A DNA stretch of 64,000 bases from Candidatus Dormiibacterota bacterium (GTDB taxonomy: Bacteria > Chloroflexota > Dormibacteria > Aeolococcales > Bog-877): assembly GCA_035534695.1 (NCBI GenBank), contig DATLRN010000043.1, positions 31-64,030 of the forward strand, written 5' to 3'. Under the pieces are notes generated by a model that worked only from the letters and a program-made list of their open reading frames with translations, searched no databases and was not told where the DNA came from. This document shows positions 33,604 through 42,183 of the stretch, one piece after another (within the stretch, counting starts at the first letter, position 1; each line of letters starts with the position of its first letter). The position numbers were made by a program, and so were the translations under genes.

Positions 33604-34365
33604 GTGACCGAAACCTCGACCACCTCGCCCAGCCGCCCCCAGGTGGGGGCCGTGCGCGTCCGTGATGCCACCAAGCCAGGAGCCCGTCAGCTGGTCCGCT
33701 TCGCCTTCTACCAGGTCATGCCGGAGTGGCGCCGACTCGGTCCCGAGGAGAAGGCGAGACAGCGGCAAGAGCTGGGCGACGTCCTTGCCAGGCACACCGC
33801 GGCGATGCTGGTCCGCACCTACACCCTGGTCGGCACCAGGGGCGATGTCGACTTCATGATCTGGGCGGTCAGCGAGGAGTCGGAGCGCCTCCAGACCCTC
33901 TTTGCCGACCTCAACCGAACCGCTCTGGCCGGCTACCTAACCTGCCCCTACAGCTACACCTCGATGACCAAGCGCTCCATCTACGTCGACGTTGATCACC
34001 CCAATGCCGGAGCCGGCCGGGACCGGCTCGTCCTGGCCCCCGGCAGCCGCCGCTTCCTCTTCGTCTACCCCTTCATAAAGAACCGGGCCTGGTGGGCCCT
34101 GGCCGCCGCTGAGAGGCAGCGGATGATGGAGGAGCATATCCGGATAGGCCACCAGTTCCCCAGCGTCAAGATCAACACCACCTACTCCTTCGGGCTCGAC
34201 GACCAGGAGTTCGTGGTCGCCTTCGAGACCGACAGTGCCGCCGACTTCCTCGACTGTGTGCAGGTGCTCCGCGATACCGAGGCCTCTTCCTACACCGCCC
34301 GCGACGTGCCCAGCTTCACCTGCATCAGGACCGAGACCAAAGAGATGCTGGAGTCGCTCGGCTGA
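33604..34365 (+). CDS. chdC: Coproheme decarboxylase / chlorite-dismutase-family protein (ChdC, HemQ)
   Basis: FAFYQVMPEWRRL...VDFMIWAVSE...YTSMTKRSIYV...FLFVYPFIKNRAWW...RMMEEHIRIG. Confidence 0.85.
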   Translation: MTETSTTSPSRPQVGAVRVRDATKPGARQLVRFAFYQVMPEWRRLGPEEKARQRQELGDVLARHTAAMLVRTYTLVGTRGDVDFMIWAVSEESERLQTLFADLNRTALAGYLTCPYSYTSMTKRSIYVDVDHPNAGAGRDRLVLAPGSRRFLFVYPFIKNRAWWALAAAERQRMMEEHIRIGHQFPSVKINTTYSFGLDDQEFVVAFETDSAADFLDCVQVLRDTEASSYTARDVPSFTCIRTETKEMLESLG

Positions 34366-34395
34366 GCAATCCATCGCCGCGGAGACCACGCCCCC

Positions 34396-35184
34396 ATGCG
34401 TGAGACCAGCCCCAGCATCTTCCTGATCGCCCGTCCGGCAATAGACCTGGACGCGATGCGCGCCTATCTGGCCCAGGTCGGGGGGGAGTCCTGGCTCGAC
34501 CGGCGCCTGCTCGAGACCAAGGCTCAGCCCAATCAAGGTGAGCTCCTAGTTGAGTTCGCCGGACGAGCCTGCTACCGGAGTTGGGAGCCCGGGCTCAATC
34601 CCAACGTGACCCGGGTCAGAAGTGATCCCAGGGCCTACCTGGAGAACATCCTCAGCAGCGCCCACGGCAGTGTTCTCGAGCACGCCAACTACACCTTCGC
34701 CCTCCACAACGTGAGCCGGGTGGCGACCCATGAGATCGTCCGCCACCGGGCCGGGGCCGCCTACAGCCAGGAGAGCCTGCGCTACGTCCGCCTGGTCGAC
34801 ATCGGCTTTCGGGTCCCGCCCGCCCTGGAGCCGCTCAAGCAGCAGTGCATCGAACTGGTCGAGAAGTTGGAGGAGTTTCAGGTCAGCGCCGCCCAGGCCC
34901 TCCACATCGACGAGAAGGGGATCCCCTTCCACGTCAAGAAGGAGGTCACCTCGGCCCTGCGCCGGCTGGCTCCGATCGGAGTCAGCACCGACCTGATCAT
35001 GACCATGAACCTGCGCACCCTGCGCCACGTGGTCGAGATGCGCACCGATCCCGGCGCCGAGGAGGAGCTGCGGCTCATCTTCGGCCGCATCGGGGAGATC
35101 ATGGTCGAGGAGTCATCTGGTGTTTTCCAGGACTTTGAGTGCAGCGACGATGGCGGCTGGAGACCCAAGTACCGGAAGGTCTAG
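34396..35184 (+). CDS. thyX: FAD-dependent thymidylate synthase
   Basis: The ThyX motif is HEIVRHRAGAAYSQESLRYV (RHRxxSxxxxSxRY). Confidence 0.9.
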   Translation: MRETSPSIFLIARPAIDLDAMRAYLAQVGGESWLDRRLLETKAQPNQGELLVEFAGRACYRSWEPGLNPNVTRVRSDPRAYLENILSSAHGSVLEHANYTFALHNVSRVATHEIVRHRAGAAYSQESLRYVRLVDIGFRVPPALEPLKQQCIELVEKLEEFQVSAAQALHIDEKGIPFHVKKEVTSALRRLAPIGVSTDLIMTMNLRTLRHVVEMRTDPGAEEELRLIFGRIGEIMVEESSGVFQDFECSDDGGWRPKYRKV

Positions 35185-35477
35185 GTTCGCTTCCGATCCG
35201 GCGCCACTGCCGCGGCGATCCGTTCAACCAGGCTCGGGAGCTCCAGTAGCAGATATCCCGGAGCCGAGGTGTTTTTCCCGCCAGACCTTCCTCCAGCTGG
35301 GCTGCTGCTGCTGGGGCGACCATCTCCCCGCCTCCCGGTCCCGGGAACCGCCAGCTCGGACCCTGGGGCTTGTTCTCACAGTTGAGCCGATCTCAGATGT
35401 GCGAGCCTGGAATGGGCGTGATCGGGTAGGATGAATGAGGCGGACCAACTATCGACCCTAGGAAGGGAAACACCATA

Positions 35478-35840
35478 ATGATCACGGTCTCTGACCAAGC
35501 CCTCTCGCAACTGAAGAACCTGCTCGACGAGCAGGAGCACCCGACCATGGGACTGCGGGTTTACGTGAGCCCGGGCGGCTGCTCCGGATTCAGCTACGGC
35601 ATGGGGTTCGATGACCAGCCCGCGGCTGACGACGAGGTGGTCGAGCACAGCGGGGTCAAGGTATTCGTGGATCCCTACAGCGCCACCTATCTGGAAGGCG
35701 CGGAGATCGACTACGTCGACAGCCTGATGGGCGGCGGGTTCACCGTGCACAATCCCAACGCCGTCAAGACGTGTTCCTGCGGCTCTTCCTTCGACGCCGG
35801 GGATGAGGCGGGAGCCGCCAAGTCCTGCAGCGCCGGCTGA
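35478..35840 (+). CDS. Iron-sulfur cluster insertion protein (ErpA/IscA family)
   Basis: MITVSDQALSQLKNLL...GLRVYVSPGGCSGFSYGMGFD...NPNAVKTCSCGSSF. Confidence 0.9.
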   Translation: MITVSDQALSQLKNLLDEQEHPTMGLRVYVSPGGCSGFSYGMGFDDQPAADDEVVEHSGVKVFVDPYSATYLEGAEIDYVDSLMGGGFTVHNPNAVKTCSCGSSFDAGDEAGAAKSCSAG

Positions 35841-35867
35841 TCTGATCCCGCTCCGGGTACGCCCGGC

Positions 35868-36230
35868 GTGATCCTCAGCCTCCATGAGAAGTTCGCCTTA
35901 ACTCTGATCCTGCTGGGGCTGGTGGGAGCAGCCTGGTGTTTCTTTGATCTCCGCCGTCAGAGCTCGCCATCGGGAGGTGTCCGTGCCTTCCTCATCCTGT
36001 GCTGGGCCCTGGTCCTGGTCCAGGACATCCTTGGCCTGCTCCTCCTGGCCGAGGGGCGGCGGCCCAGCAACTTCTTACTCCACATCATGTACGGCGTGTT
36101 GAGTGCTGCCTGCCTGCCGGTCGCCTGGGTGCTCAGCTCGCGCAGCCATGGTCGCCACGAGGCCCTCTACCTGGGGCTGGGATCGCTCCTTTTCGCCGGA
36201 CTCACCTTCCGAGCGCTGGCGGTCGCCTGA
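35868..36230 (+). CDS. Four-TM membrane protein, function unknown
   Basis: Four hydrophobic helices are present (LTLILLGLVGAAWCFF, AFLILCWALVLVQDILGLLLL, LLHIMYGVLSAACLPVAWVL, LYLGLGSLLFAGLTF). It has a GTG start. Confidence 0.5.
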   Translation: MILSLHEKFALTLILLGLVGAAWCFFDLRRQSSPSGGVRAFLILCWALVLVQDILGLLLLAEGRRPSNFLLHIMYGVLSAACLPVAWVLSSRSHGRHEALYLGLGSLLFAGLTFRALAVA

Positions 36231-36238
36231 ATCTCCCC

Positions 36239-37309
36239 ATGGCTGGGGAAACAAGGTCGGCTCCAGCGGATCAGGGCTTACCGAAAGGGGTGAGCGCTGG
36301 CGAAAAGGGGCGTCCGCGAGGTGGCCGAGAAGGGTCTCTGGAGCGGGGCCGGACCAAGCTGGTGGTCCTGGCTGGCGGGGTGGGGGCGGCGCGCTTCCTG
36401 GCGGGGCTGGTCGCAGTGGCCCCAGATGCCGAGCTGACGGTGATCGGCAACACCGGAGATGACTTCACCGTGCACGGACTGCATATCAGCCCCGACCTCG
36501 ACACCGTGAGCTACTCCCTGGCCGGGCTGGGCGACTGGGAAAGGGGCTGGGGTCTGCGGGGGGAGACCTGGGCCGCGGCGGAGCAGTTCGCCTTCCTCGG
36601 CGACGACACCTGGTTCCAGCTGGGTGATCGCGACTTGGCCACCCATGTCTGGCGTACCGAGCAGCTACGCCGGGGCCGGCCGCTCTCCGAAGTCACCGGG
36701 AAGCTTGCCGAGAGGCTACGGCTGGGCTTCACTCTCCTGCCCATGACCGACCAGGCGGTTGCGACCAGGGTGCTCACCACCGACGGCCGTGATCTCCACA
36801 TCCAGGAGTACCTGGTCCGGGAAGCATGCCAACCGGAGATCGCCAGGATCGAGTATCGCGGCATCGAGCGGGCGCGGCCCGCCCCGGCAGTTCGGGAAGC
36901 TATCTCCAACGCCGATCTGGTGGTGATCGCGCCCAGCAACCCTGTCATCTCGATCGGACCCATCCTCGCCGTGGCCGGGCTGCGCGCCGAAGTCGCGGCG
37001 GCGGCCCAGGTGATTGCGGTGAGCCCGATCGTGGGCGGCCGGGCTGTCAAGGGCCCCGCCGTGCCCATGCTGGAGAGCCTGGGGGTCGCCCCCAGTGCGA
37101 CCGGCGTGGCTGGACTCTACGCGGACTTGATTTCCGGCTTGGTTCTGGACCAGGTCGATGCCGAGCTGGCAGGTGAGGTTGCAGCCCTGGGGATCCGGCC
37201 TCATCTGTGCGACACCTTGATGGTCGACCAGAAGGCTCGGGAGCGTCTTGCTGGAGCTGTGCTAGAGGCCGCCGCAGTGAGGCCGACCCCCAGCTTGGCA
37301 TCGGCATGA
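36239..37309 (+). CDS. cofD: 2-phospho-L-lactate transferase (F420 biosynthesis)
   Basis: KLVVLAGGVGAARFLAGL...VIGNTGDDFTVHGLHISPDLDTV...GWGLRGETW...IAPSNPVISIGPIL. ATG 36239 gives a ~39-aa Gly/Arg/Lys-rich N-terminal extension. A GTG just before VLAGG is an alternative start. Confidence 0.9.
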   Translation: MAGETRSAPADQGLPKGVSAGEKGRPRGGREGSLERGRTKLVVLAGGVGAARFLAGLVAVAPDAELTVIGNTGDDFTVHGLHISPDLDTVSYSLAGLGDWERGWGLRGETWAAAEQFAFLGDDTWFQLGDRDLATHVWRTEQLRRGRPLSEVTGKLAERLRLGFTLLPMTDQAVATRVLTTDGRDLHIQEYLVREACQPEIARIEYRGIERARPAPAVREAISNADLVVIAPSNPVISIGPILAVAGLRAEVAAAAQVIAVSPIVGGRAVKGPAVPMLESLGVAPSATGVAGLYADLISGLVLDQVDAELAGEVAALGIRPHLCDTLMVDQKARERLAGAVLEAAAVRPTPSLASA

Positions 37310-38028
37310 CTGAAGCCTCTTCGCCTGAGGTCGGCCCGGTGGCGAGCTACCTGGTGATCCCGATCAAGAGCTCAGTCGGGTCGAAGCAGCGCCTGGCTGC
37401 GGGGCTTCCCTCCGATGTCCGGCAACTGGTGAGTCGGGCTTTGGCATCACGCATGGTCCGCTGCGCCGCGGAGGGGTGGGCGCCGTCTCGAGTCGTGGTG
37501 GTGGGGGATGATCCCGAGCTGACCAACCTCTGCCGCCGGTTGGGATTGACCACCGTTGCCGATTTCGGCGACGGCCAGAGTGATGCCGTCCGAGCCGGCC
37601 AGGCCTGGTGTCTGGAGCAGGGCGCGACTACCCTGGCGACCATCGCCGCCGACCTGCCCCAAGTTGAGTCATCCGATCTCAGGCGGCTCTGGCAGATGGC
37701 CGATGACCTGCCCGTCAACTCGCTCGCACTGATCCCCGACCGCGGCGGCTCAGGGACAAACGGGATGCTGGTCAGGCCAGCCGACCGCGACGTCTTCCTC
37801 TTCGGGCCCGACTCGCTCCGTCTGCACTTTGAGCTGGGAGCGCGTCTGGGACTGCAGGTCTCCCTGCTCGATCTACCCTCTCTGACTTGGGACATCGACC
37901 GGCCCGAGGACCTGGTTCCCCCTGAGTGGCCCATCTCCGAGGGAGTCCACCCGGTCGTTGCCTGGGCCCGCGAGGTGGCCGCCCTAGGAATGGACCGAAA
38001 TCACCTCGACCCCCGCTTTGGCCACTGA
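37306..38028 (+). CDS. cofC: 2-phospho-L-lactate / phosphoenolpyruvate guanylyltransferase (F420 biosynthesis)
   Basis: YLVIPIKSSVGSKQRL...IAADLPQVESSDLRRL...IPDRGGSGTNGML. The ATG overlaps the cofD stop in ATGA. Confidence 0.8.
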   Translation: MTEASSPEVGPVASYLVIPIKSSVGSKQRLAAGLPSDVRQLVSRALASRMVRCAAEGWAPSRVVVVGDDPELTNLCRRLGLTTVADFGDGQSDAVRAGQAWCLEQGATTLATIAADLPQVESSDLRRLWQMADDLPVNSLALIPDRGGSGTNGMLVRPADRDVFLFGPDSLRLHFELGARLGLQVSLLDLPSLTWDIDRPEDLVPPEWPISEGVHPVVAWAREVAALGMDRNHLDPRFGH

Positions 38029-38029
38029 T

Positions 38030-38806
38030 ATGGATCGGCCCCTCGTAGGGGCTGCACCCATCACCGCCTGGGCGGTGGCAGGCATGCCCGAAGTCGCCAG
38101 CGGTACTGATCTGGGCCATCTGGCGTTGGAGCCACTGACGTTGGCGGGCGGCCTTCGCCCCTGGGACGTGGTGGTGGTGACCCACAAGGTCGTCTCCAAG
38201 GCCGAAGGTCGGGTCTTCTCGTTGGGCGATTACCAGCCGGGGCCGAGGGCCCTGGAGCTGGCGGCCGAGCTCGGCCAGGAACCTGCCATGGTGGAAGCGG
38301 TGCTCCGGGAGAGCCGCCGGGTGGTCCGGGCAGAGTCAGGGGTCCTCATCACCGAGACCCAACACGGCCTGGTCTGCGCCAACTCCGGGGTTGACCGCAG
38401 CAACGTCGGGGGCGGTGATTGGATCACCTGCCTGCCACTGGACCCGGACCTTTCGGCGCAGCGACTGCGCCAGCAATGGTTGCCTCTTTCTGCCGGCGGA
38501 CCACTGGGAGTCCTGATCTCGGACACCTTCGGCAGGCCCTTTCGCGAAGGCTCCGTCAATATCGCCATCGGAGTCGCTGGCATGCCGGCGCTGAGCGACT
38601 ACCGCGGCCTCAACGATCCTCAGGGATATGAGCTGCACGCCTCCACTATCGGTAGCGCCGATGAGATCGCCTCGCTGGGCGAGCTGCTCATGGGCAAGGT
38701 CGATGGCCTGCCCTTGGTTGTGGTGCGGGGACTCAACTGGAGTGGCCGGGAGGAGGGCTCCGCGCCGCTCCTCCGCGAACCGGGACAGGACATCTTTCGT
38801 CGCTAG
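38030..38806 (+). CDS. cofE: Coenzyme F420-0:L-glutamate ligase
   Basis: DVVVVTHKVVSKAEGRV...ITETQHGLVCANSGVDRSN...LISDTFGRPFREGSVNIAIG. Confidence 0.85.
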   Translation: MDRPLVGAAPITAWAVAGMPEVASGTDLGHLALEPLTLAGGLRPWDVVVVTHKVVSKAEGRVFSLGDYQPGPRALELAAELGQEPAMVEAVLRESRRVVRAESGVLITETQHGLVCANSGVDRSNVGGGDWITCLPLDPDLSAQRLRQQWLPLSAGGPLGVLISDTFGRPFREGSVNIAIGVAGMPALSDYRGLNDPQGYELHASTIGSADEIASLGELLMGKVDGLPLVVVRGLNWSGREEGSAPLLREPGQDIFRR

Positions 38807-38833
38807 CCGACGCCTTCTTGCTAGGCTCGGAAG

Positions 38834-39484
38834 ATGGCTACCCGGTCGGTGCGTGTGCGCCTCTTCGCCTCTCTCCGCGACGTCGCCGGCACCTCCGCAC
38901 TCGAGCTCGAGCTGCTCGGCGACGACTCGGTCGAGTCTTGCTGGCTGCAGCTCTGCGACCGCTTCCAGGGGCTGACCAGCTGGCGCGCCTCGGTCCGTCC
39001 CGCTCGCAACCTCGAGTATGCCGAATGGGACGACTCTGTCGGTAGCGGCGACGAGCTCGCCTTTCTGCCCCCCGTGTCGGGAGGATCTGCCACCTCGGAA
39101 CCCGTGGTCGAGGTCAAGGTAGGGCCAGATGCCATCGATGAGGCGGAACTCAGCGCCGGGATCGAGCGCCGGGGGATCGGGGCCATCGCCACCTTCGTCG
39201 GCCTGGTCCGCGATCCCGACCAGGGCCACCCAGTTAGTCACCTTATCTATGAGGCCTATCCGGAAATGGCCGAGCCGGTACTGCGGGCCATCTGTATCGA
39301 GGCGTGCCAGCGTTTCGGCGTCCGAGAGGCCCGGGTACGGCATCGGACGGGTGAGGTACTCACTGGAGCGACCTCGGTGGCAGTGGCTGTGGGTGCTGCC
39401 CACCGACGCCAGGCGCTGGACGCCTGCAGCTACATCATCGATGAGCTGAAGTCCCGGGCCCCGATCTGGAAGTCAGAGGACTGA
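38834..39484 (+). CDS. Fused molybdopterin synthase MoaD-MoaE (MoaX-like)
   Basis: The N-terminal 84 aa end in ...GDELAFLPPVSGG (MoaD C-terminal Gly-Gly, codons at 39080-39085). A MoaE domain follows directly (GAIATFVGLVRD...YEAYPEMAE...VAVAVGAAHRRQALDACSYIIDELKSRAPIWK). Confidence 0.85.
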   Translation: MATRSVRVRLFASLRDVAGTSALELELLGDDSVESCWLQLCDRFQGLTSWRASVRPARNLEYAEWDDSVGSGDELAFLPPVSGGSATSEPVVEVKVGPDAIDEAELSAGIERRGIGAIATFVGLVRDPDQGHPVSHLIYEAYPEMAEPVLRAICIEACQRFGVREARVRHRTGEVLTGATSVAVAVGAAHRRQALDACSYIIDELKSRAPIWKSED

Positions 39485-39512
39485 TTCTGGGCGCCTGCTA
39501 GACTCGGCCGAA

Positions 39513-40376
39513 GTGGCCAGCACCGAACTGCTCCCCGAGAGGGGCCTCCAGAAGCGTCCGCGTGCCCCCCACGCCGGCCCCATCGCGGGGCGCTTGGAGC
39601 TTCTCTTCGAGCTGGTCCGCCGCGACGTCAAACAGCGTTACCGCGGCTCGGTCCTGGGGGTCGCCTGGACCCTGCTGAACCCGCTCATCTTCATGCTGGT
39701 CTACTCCCTTGTCTTCGGCAAGTTCCTGCGCGTGCAGTACCCCGGCGGCTCGGCCACTGTCTTCATCCTCTCCGGATTGCTGGCCTGGACCTTCTTCTCC
39801 CAGGCCCTGGTCATGGCCACCAACAGCATCGTCGCCAACGCTGCATTGGTTCGCAAGGTGGCCTTTCCCTGGATGCTGCTGACCGTTTCGTCAGTGATCG
39901 CGGCCCTTGTCAACTATGCGATCAGCCTGCTGCTCCTCATCCCCTTCATGCTCTTGTCGCACAAGGGTGTTGGCCCCCCCATCCTCGCGGCGCCGTTTCT
40001 GGTTCTGGTGACGTTCGCGCTGGCCTTGGGATTCGGTCTGATGCTCGCCGCCGGCAACGTTTACCTGCGCGATCTGACCTACCTGGTAAACCTAGGCACT
40101 CTAATCTGGTTCTATATCACTCCGATCATCTATCCATTCACGTTGGTCCAGTCCAAGTTTTCGGGCCACGGGTTGGAAGGGGAACTCGCTCACATCGTCT
40201 TGTACATCAACCCGATGACGTGGGTTGTCCTGGGGTTCCAGGACGTGCTGGTTTTTGACCGCTGGCCTCAACATTGGCATGGCCTGGGCTATTCTTTCGT
40301 CTTCTCCATGGCATCGATATGGCTCGGCTTGTGGGTCTTCCGGCGCCTTCGCCGACGCTTCGCGGAGGAGGTCTAG
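39513..40376 (+). CDS. ABC-2 type polysaccharide/teichoic-acid exporter permease (Wzm/TagG-like)
   Basis: LLFELVRRDVKQRYRGSVLGVAWTLLNPLIFMLVYSLVFG is the Wzm/TagG N-terminal signature, followed by six TM segments. Confidence 0.85.
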   Translation: MASTELLPERGLQKRPRAPHAGPIAGRLELLFELVRRDVKQRYRGSVLGVAWTLLNPLIFMLVYSLVFGKFLRVQYPGGSATVFILSGLLAWTFFSQALVMATNSIVANAALVRKVAFPWMLLTVSSVIAALVNYAISLLLLIPFMLLSHKGVGPPILAAPFLVLVTFALALGFGLMLAAGNVYLRDLTYLVNLGTLIWFYITPIIYPFTLVQSKFSGHGLEGELAHIVLYINPMTWVVLGFQDVLVFDRWPQHWHGLGYSFVFSMASIWLGLWVFRRLRRRFAEEV

Positions 40377-41606
40377 ATGGCCGAGCCTGCGGTTGCAATC
40401 AACAATGTGAGCAAGCGTTTTCGGGTTTATCACCAGCGCGCGGGAACTCTCAAGCAGTCGCTCATCGATCGCCGCCACAGTCGATTCGAAGAGTTCTGGG
40501 CAGTCCGCGACGTCAACCTTGAAGTCGCCGAGGGCGAGTCCATCGGCATCATCGGAGAGAACGGCTCGGGCAAGTCGACTTTGCTCAAGTGTGTTGCCGG
40601 GATTCTGGTCCAGGACAACGGCACGATCACAGTGAGAGGCCGACTGGCTTCTCTGCTGGAGGTGGGAGCGGGGTTCCATCCCGACTTCACCGGCCGCGAG
40701 AACATCTACTTGAACGGGGCCATCTTGGGCCTGCCGCGGCGCTACATCACGTCCATTTTGGACACCATCGTGGAGTTCGCGGAACTGCAGCAGTTTATCG
40801 ATAATCCCGTCAAAACGTACAGTTCGGGTATGTTTACCCGACTGGGCTTTGCCATTGCTGTCAATCTCGACCCCGACATCCTCCTCGTCGATGAGGTTCT
40901 CGCGGTCGGTGATGAGGCTTTCCAGAGACGGTGTATGGAGCGCATCAATGCGCTGCGCGCTGAGGGCCGCACTCTCATTTTTGTCTCACACGCTATGGAC
41001 TCGGTTCGCGCCGTTTGCGACCGCTGCTTATGGATCGAGCATGGCGTAGTCCGCGACCTGGGGGAGGTGAACGCGGTCACCTCCGCGTACGTCGCCGACG
41101 TCAACCGGCGTGAGGAGGTAGAGATGGGGGTCTCCGAGTCCTCGACGATTGACGACAGCCCGGGCCGGATGGGCGTGCGGCTGACGGGAGTGGAGCTGTC
41201 CGGACCGGATGGTCCTACCTCGGTCCTCAATACCGGTGATCCGGTTTCGGTGTCGATCGCCTACGAGGCTCCGGCGCCACTCCTGGGAGCACGCTTCACG
41301 ATCAGCTTCCTGCGCTCCGACGGGGCGCCGATACTGAGCGTGCCCACTGACGACGGGGAGACGGGCCTGGGCGCGCTACCCCGTCAGGGGGAGGTCCGCC
41401 TTAGGCTGCCGGGTCTTCCCTTCCTGGAGGGCGTCTACCTGATCACCGTCGACGTCACCGAAATCACGACCGGCCAGCACTACAAGCGTCTTGAGCGCGT
41501 TCGCCGCTTTAGGGTCCACAGCGCCGAACATCGGGAGGTGGGGATGGCCTTGCTTGGTCACACCTGGGAGTTGCCCCACGTGGGCGCGCCAGCAGCAGGT
41601 CGCTGA
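40377..41606 (+). CDS. Polysaccharide ABC exporter ATPase (Wzt/TagH-like) with a C-terminal beta-sandwich substrate-binding-type domain
   Basis: GIIGENGSGKSTLLK (Walker A), YSSGMFTRLGFA (signature), ILLVDEVLAVGD (Walker B), plus ~170 extra C-terminal residues (VRLTGVELSGPDG...GVYLITVDV) resembling Wzt_C. Confidence 0.9.
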   Translation: MAEPAVAINNVSKRFRVYHQRAGTLKQSLIDRRHSRFEEFWAVRDVNLEVAEGESIGIIGENGSGKSTLLKCVAGILVQDNGTITVRGRLASLLEVGAGFHPDFTGRENIYLNGAILGLPRRYITSILDTIVEFAELQQFIDNPVKTYSSGMFTRLGFAIAVNLDPDILLVDEVLAVGDEAFQRRCMERINALRAEGRTLIFVSHAMDSVRAVCDRCLWIEHGVVRDLGEVNAVTSAYVADVNRREEVEMGVSESSTIDDSPGRMGVRLTGVELSGPDGPTSVLNTGDPVSVSIAYEAPAPLLGARFTISFLRSDGAPILSVPTDDGETGLGALPRQGEVRLRLPGLPFLEGVYLITVDVTEITTGQHYKRLERVRRFRVHSAEHREVGMALLGHTWELPHVGAPAAGR

Positions 41607-41628
41607 GGCGGAGACCGTCGGCGCCGGA

Positions 41629-42084
41629 TCAACCCTCGAGAGGAGCTCCGGCGAACGTCACCTTGTGGTTGGCGATGTAGTTCCAGATCGCGGCCACGCC
41701 GCTACCGAAGACCAAAGCGACCAGATAGTAGAGGTGGAAGTGGGAGACGCAGGTGAGAAGCACGGCTTCGTTGATCCCGAGTCCGACCAGGCTGACCGCT
41801 TCGAAGATGACAAAGCGCCGCCCCTTGTGAACGCCGCGACGGTCCCGCCAAGTGACCAGCGAGTTGAGCGTGTAGGTGACCAAGATGGCCAGCTGGATTG
41901 AGAGTCCCGACGCCAGCCATAGGGGCAGGTGCACGTGGTGGTAGAGGATCACGGTACCCACGAAGGTGGTGACCAGACCAACCATGCCCACGCTGAGGAA
42001 GGTGGGAAAGCGCTTGCCGTGGCGTCGGAGAACTTCCTGGACTCCGCCGACAGACGGGCGTCTACGTTCCACAGATGCGCTCAA
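41629..42084 (-). CDS. GtrA-family membrane protein
   Basis: FLSVGMVGLVTTFVGTVILY...SIQLAILVTYTLNSLVTWRDRR...IWNYIANHKVTF. Confidence 0.8.
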   Translation of the reverse strand: MSASVERRRPSVGGVQEVLRRHGKRFPTFLSVGMVGLVTTFVGTVILYHHVHLPLWLASGLSIQLAILVTYTLNSLVTWRDRRGVHKGRRFVIFEAVSLVGLGINEAVLLTCVSHFHLYYLVALVFGSGVAAIWNYIANHKVTFAGAPLEG

Positions 42085-42183
42085 GTCCCGCAGAGGCTAG
42101 CAGAGGTCTGACGGCGGCTCGCTGTCAATCGAGTAGCGCCTTGGTGACAGCGGCGGTGGGCCCACAAACCGTCTGCTCCTCGC

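Noticed and set aside
35999-36238. Upstream extension of the cofD ORF
   Set aside because: It overlaps the four-TM membrane protein gene (35868..36230) out of frame and is Pro/Gly/Arg-rich. The CofD homology only begins after ATG 36239.
38336-39403. 355-aa ORF on the minus strand
   Set aside because: It is antisense to cofE and the MoaD-MoaE fusion gene, and no motifs were seen.
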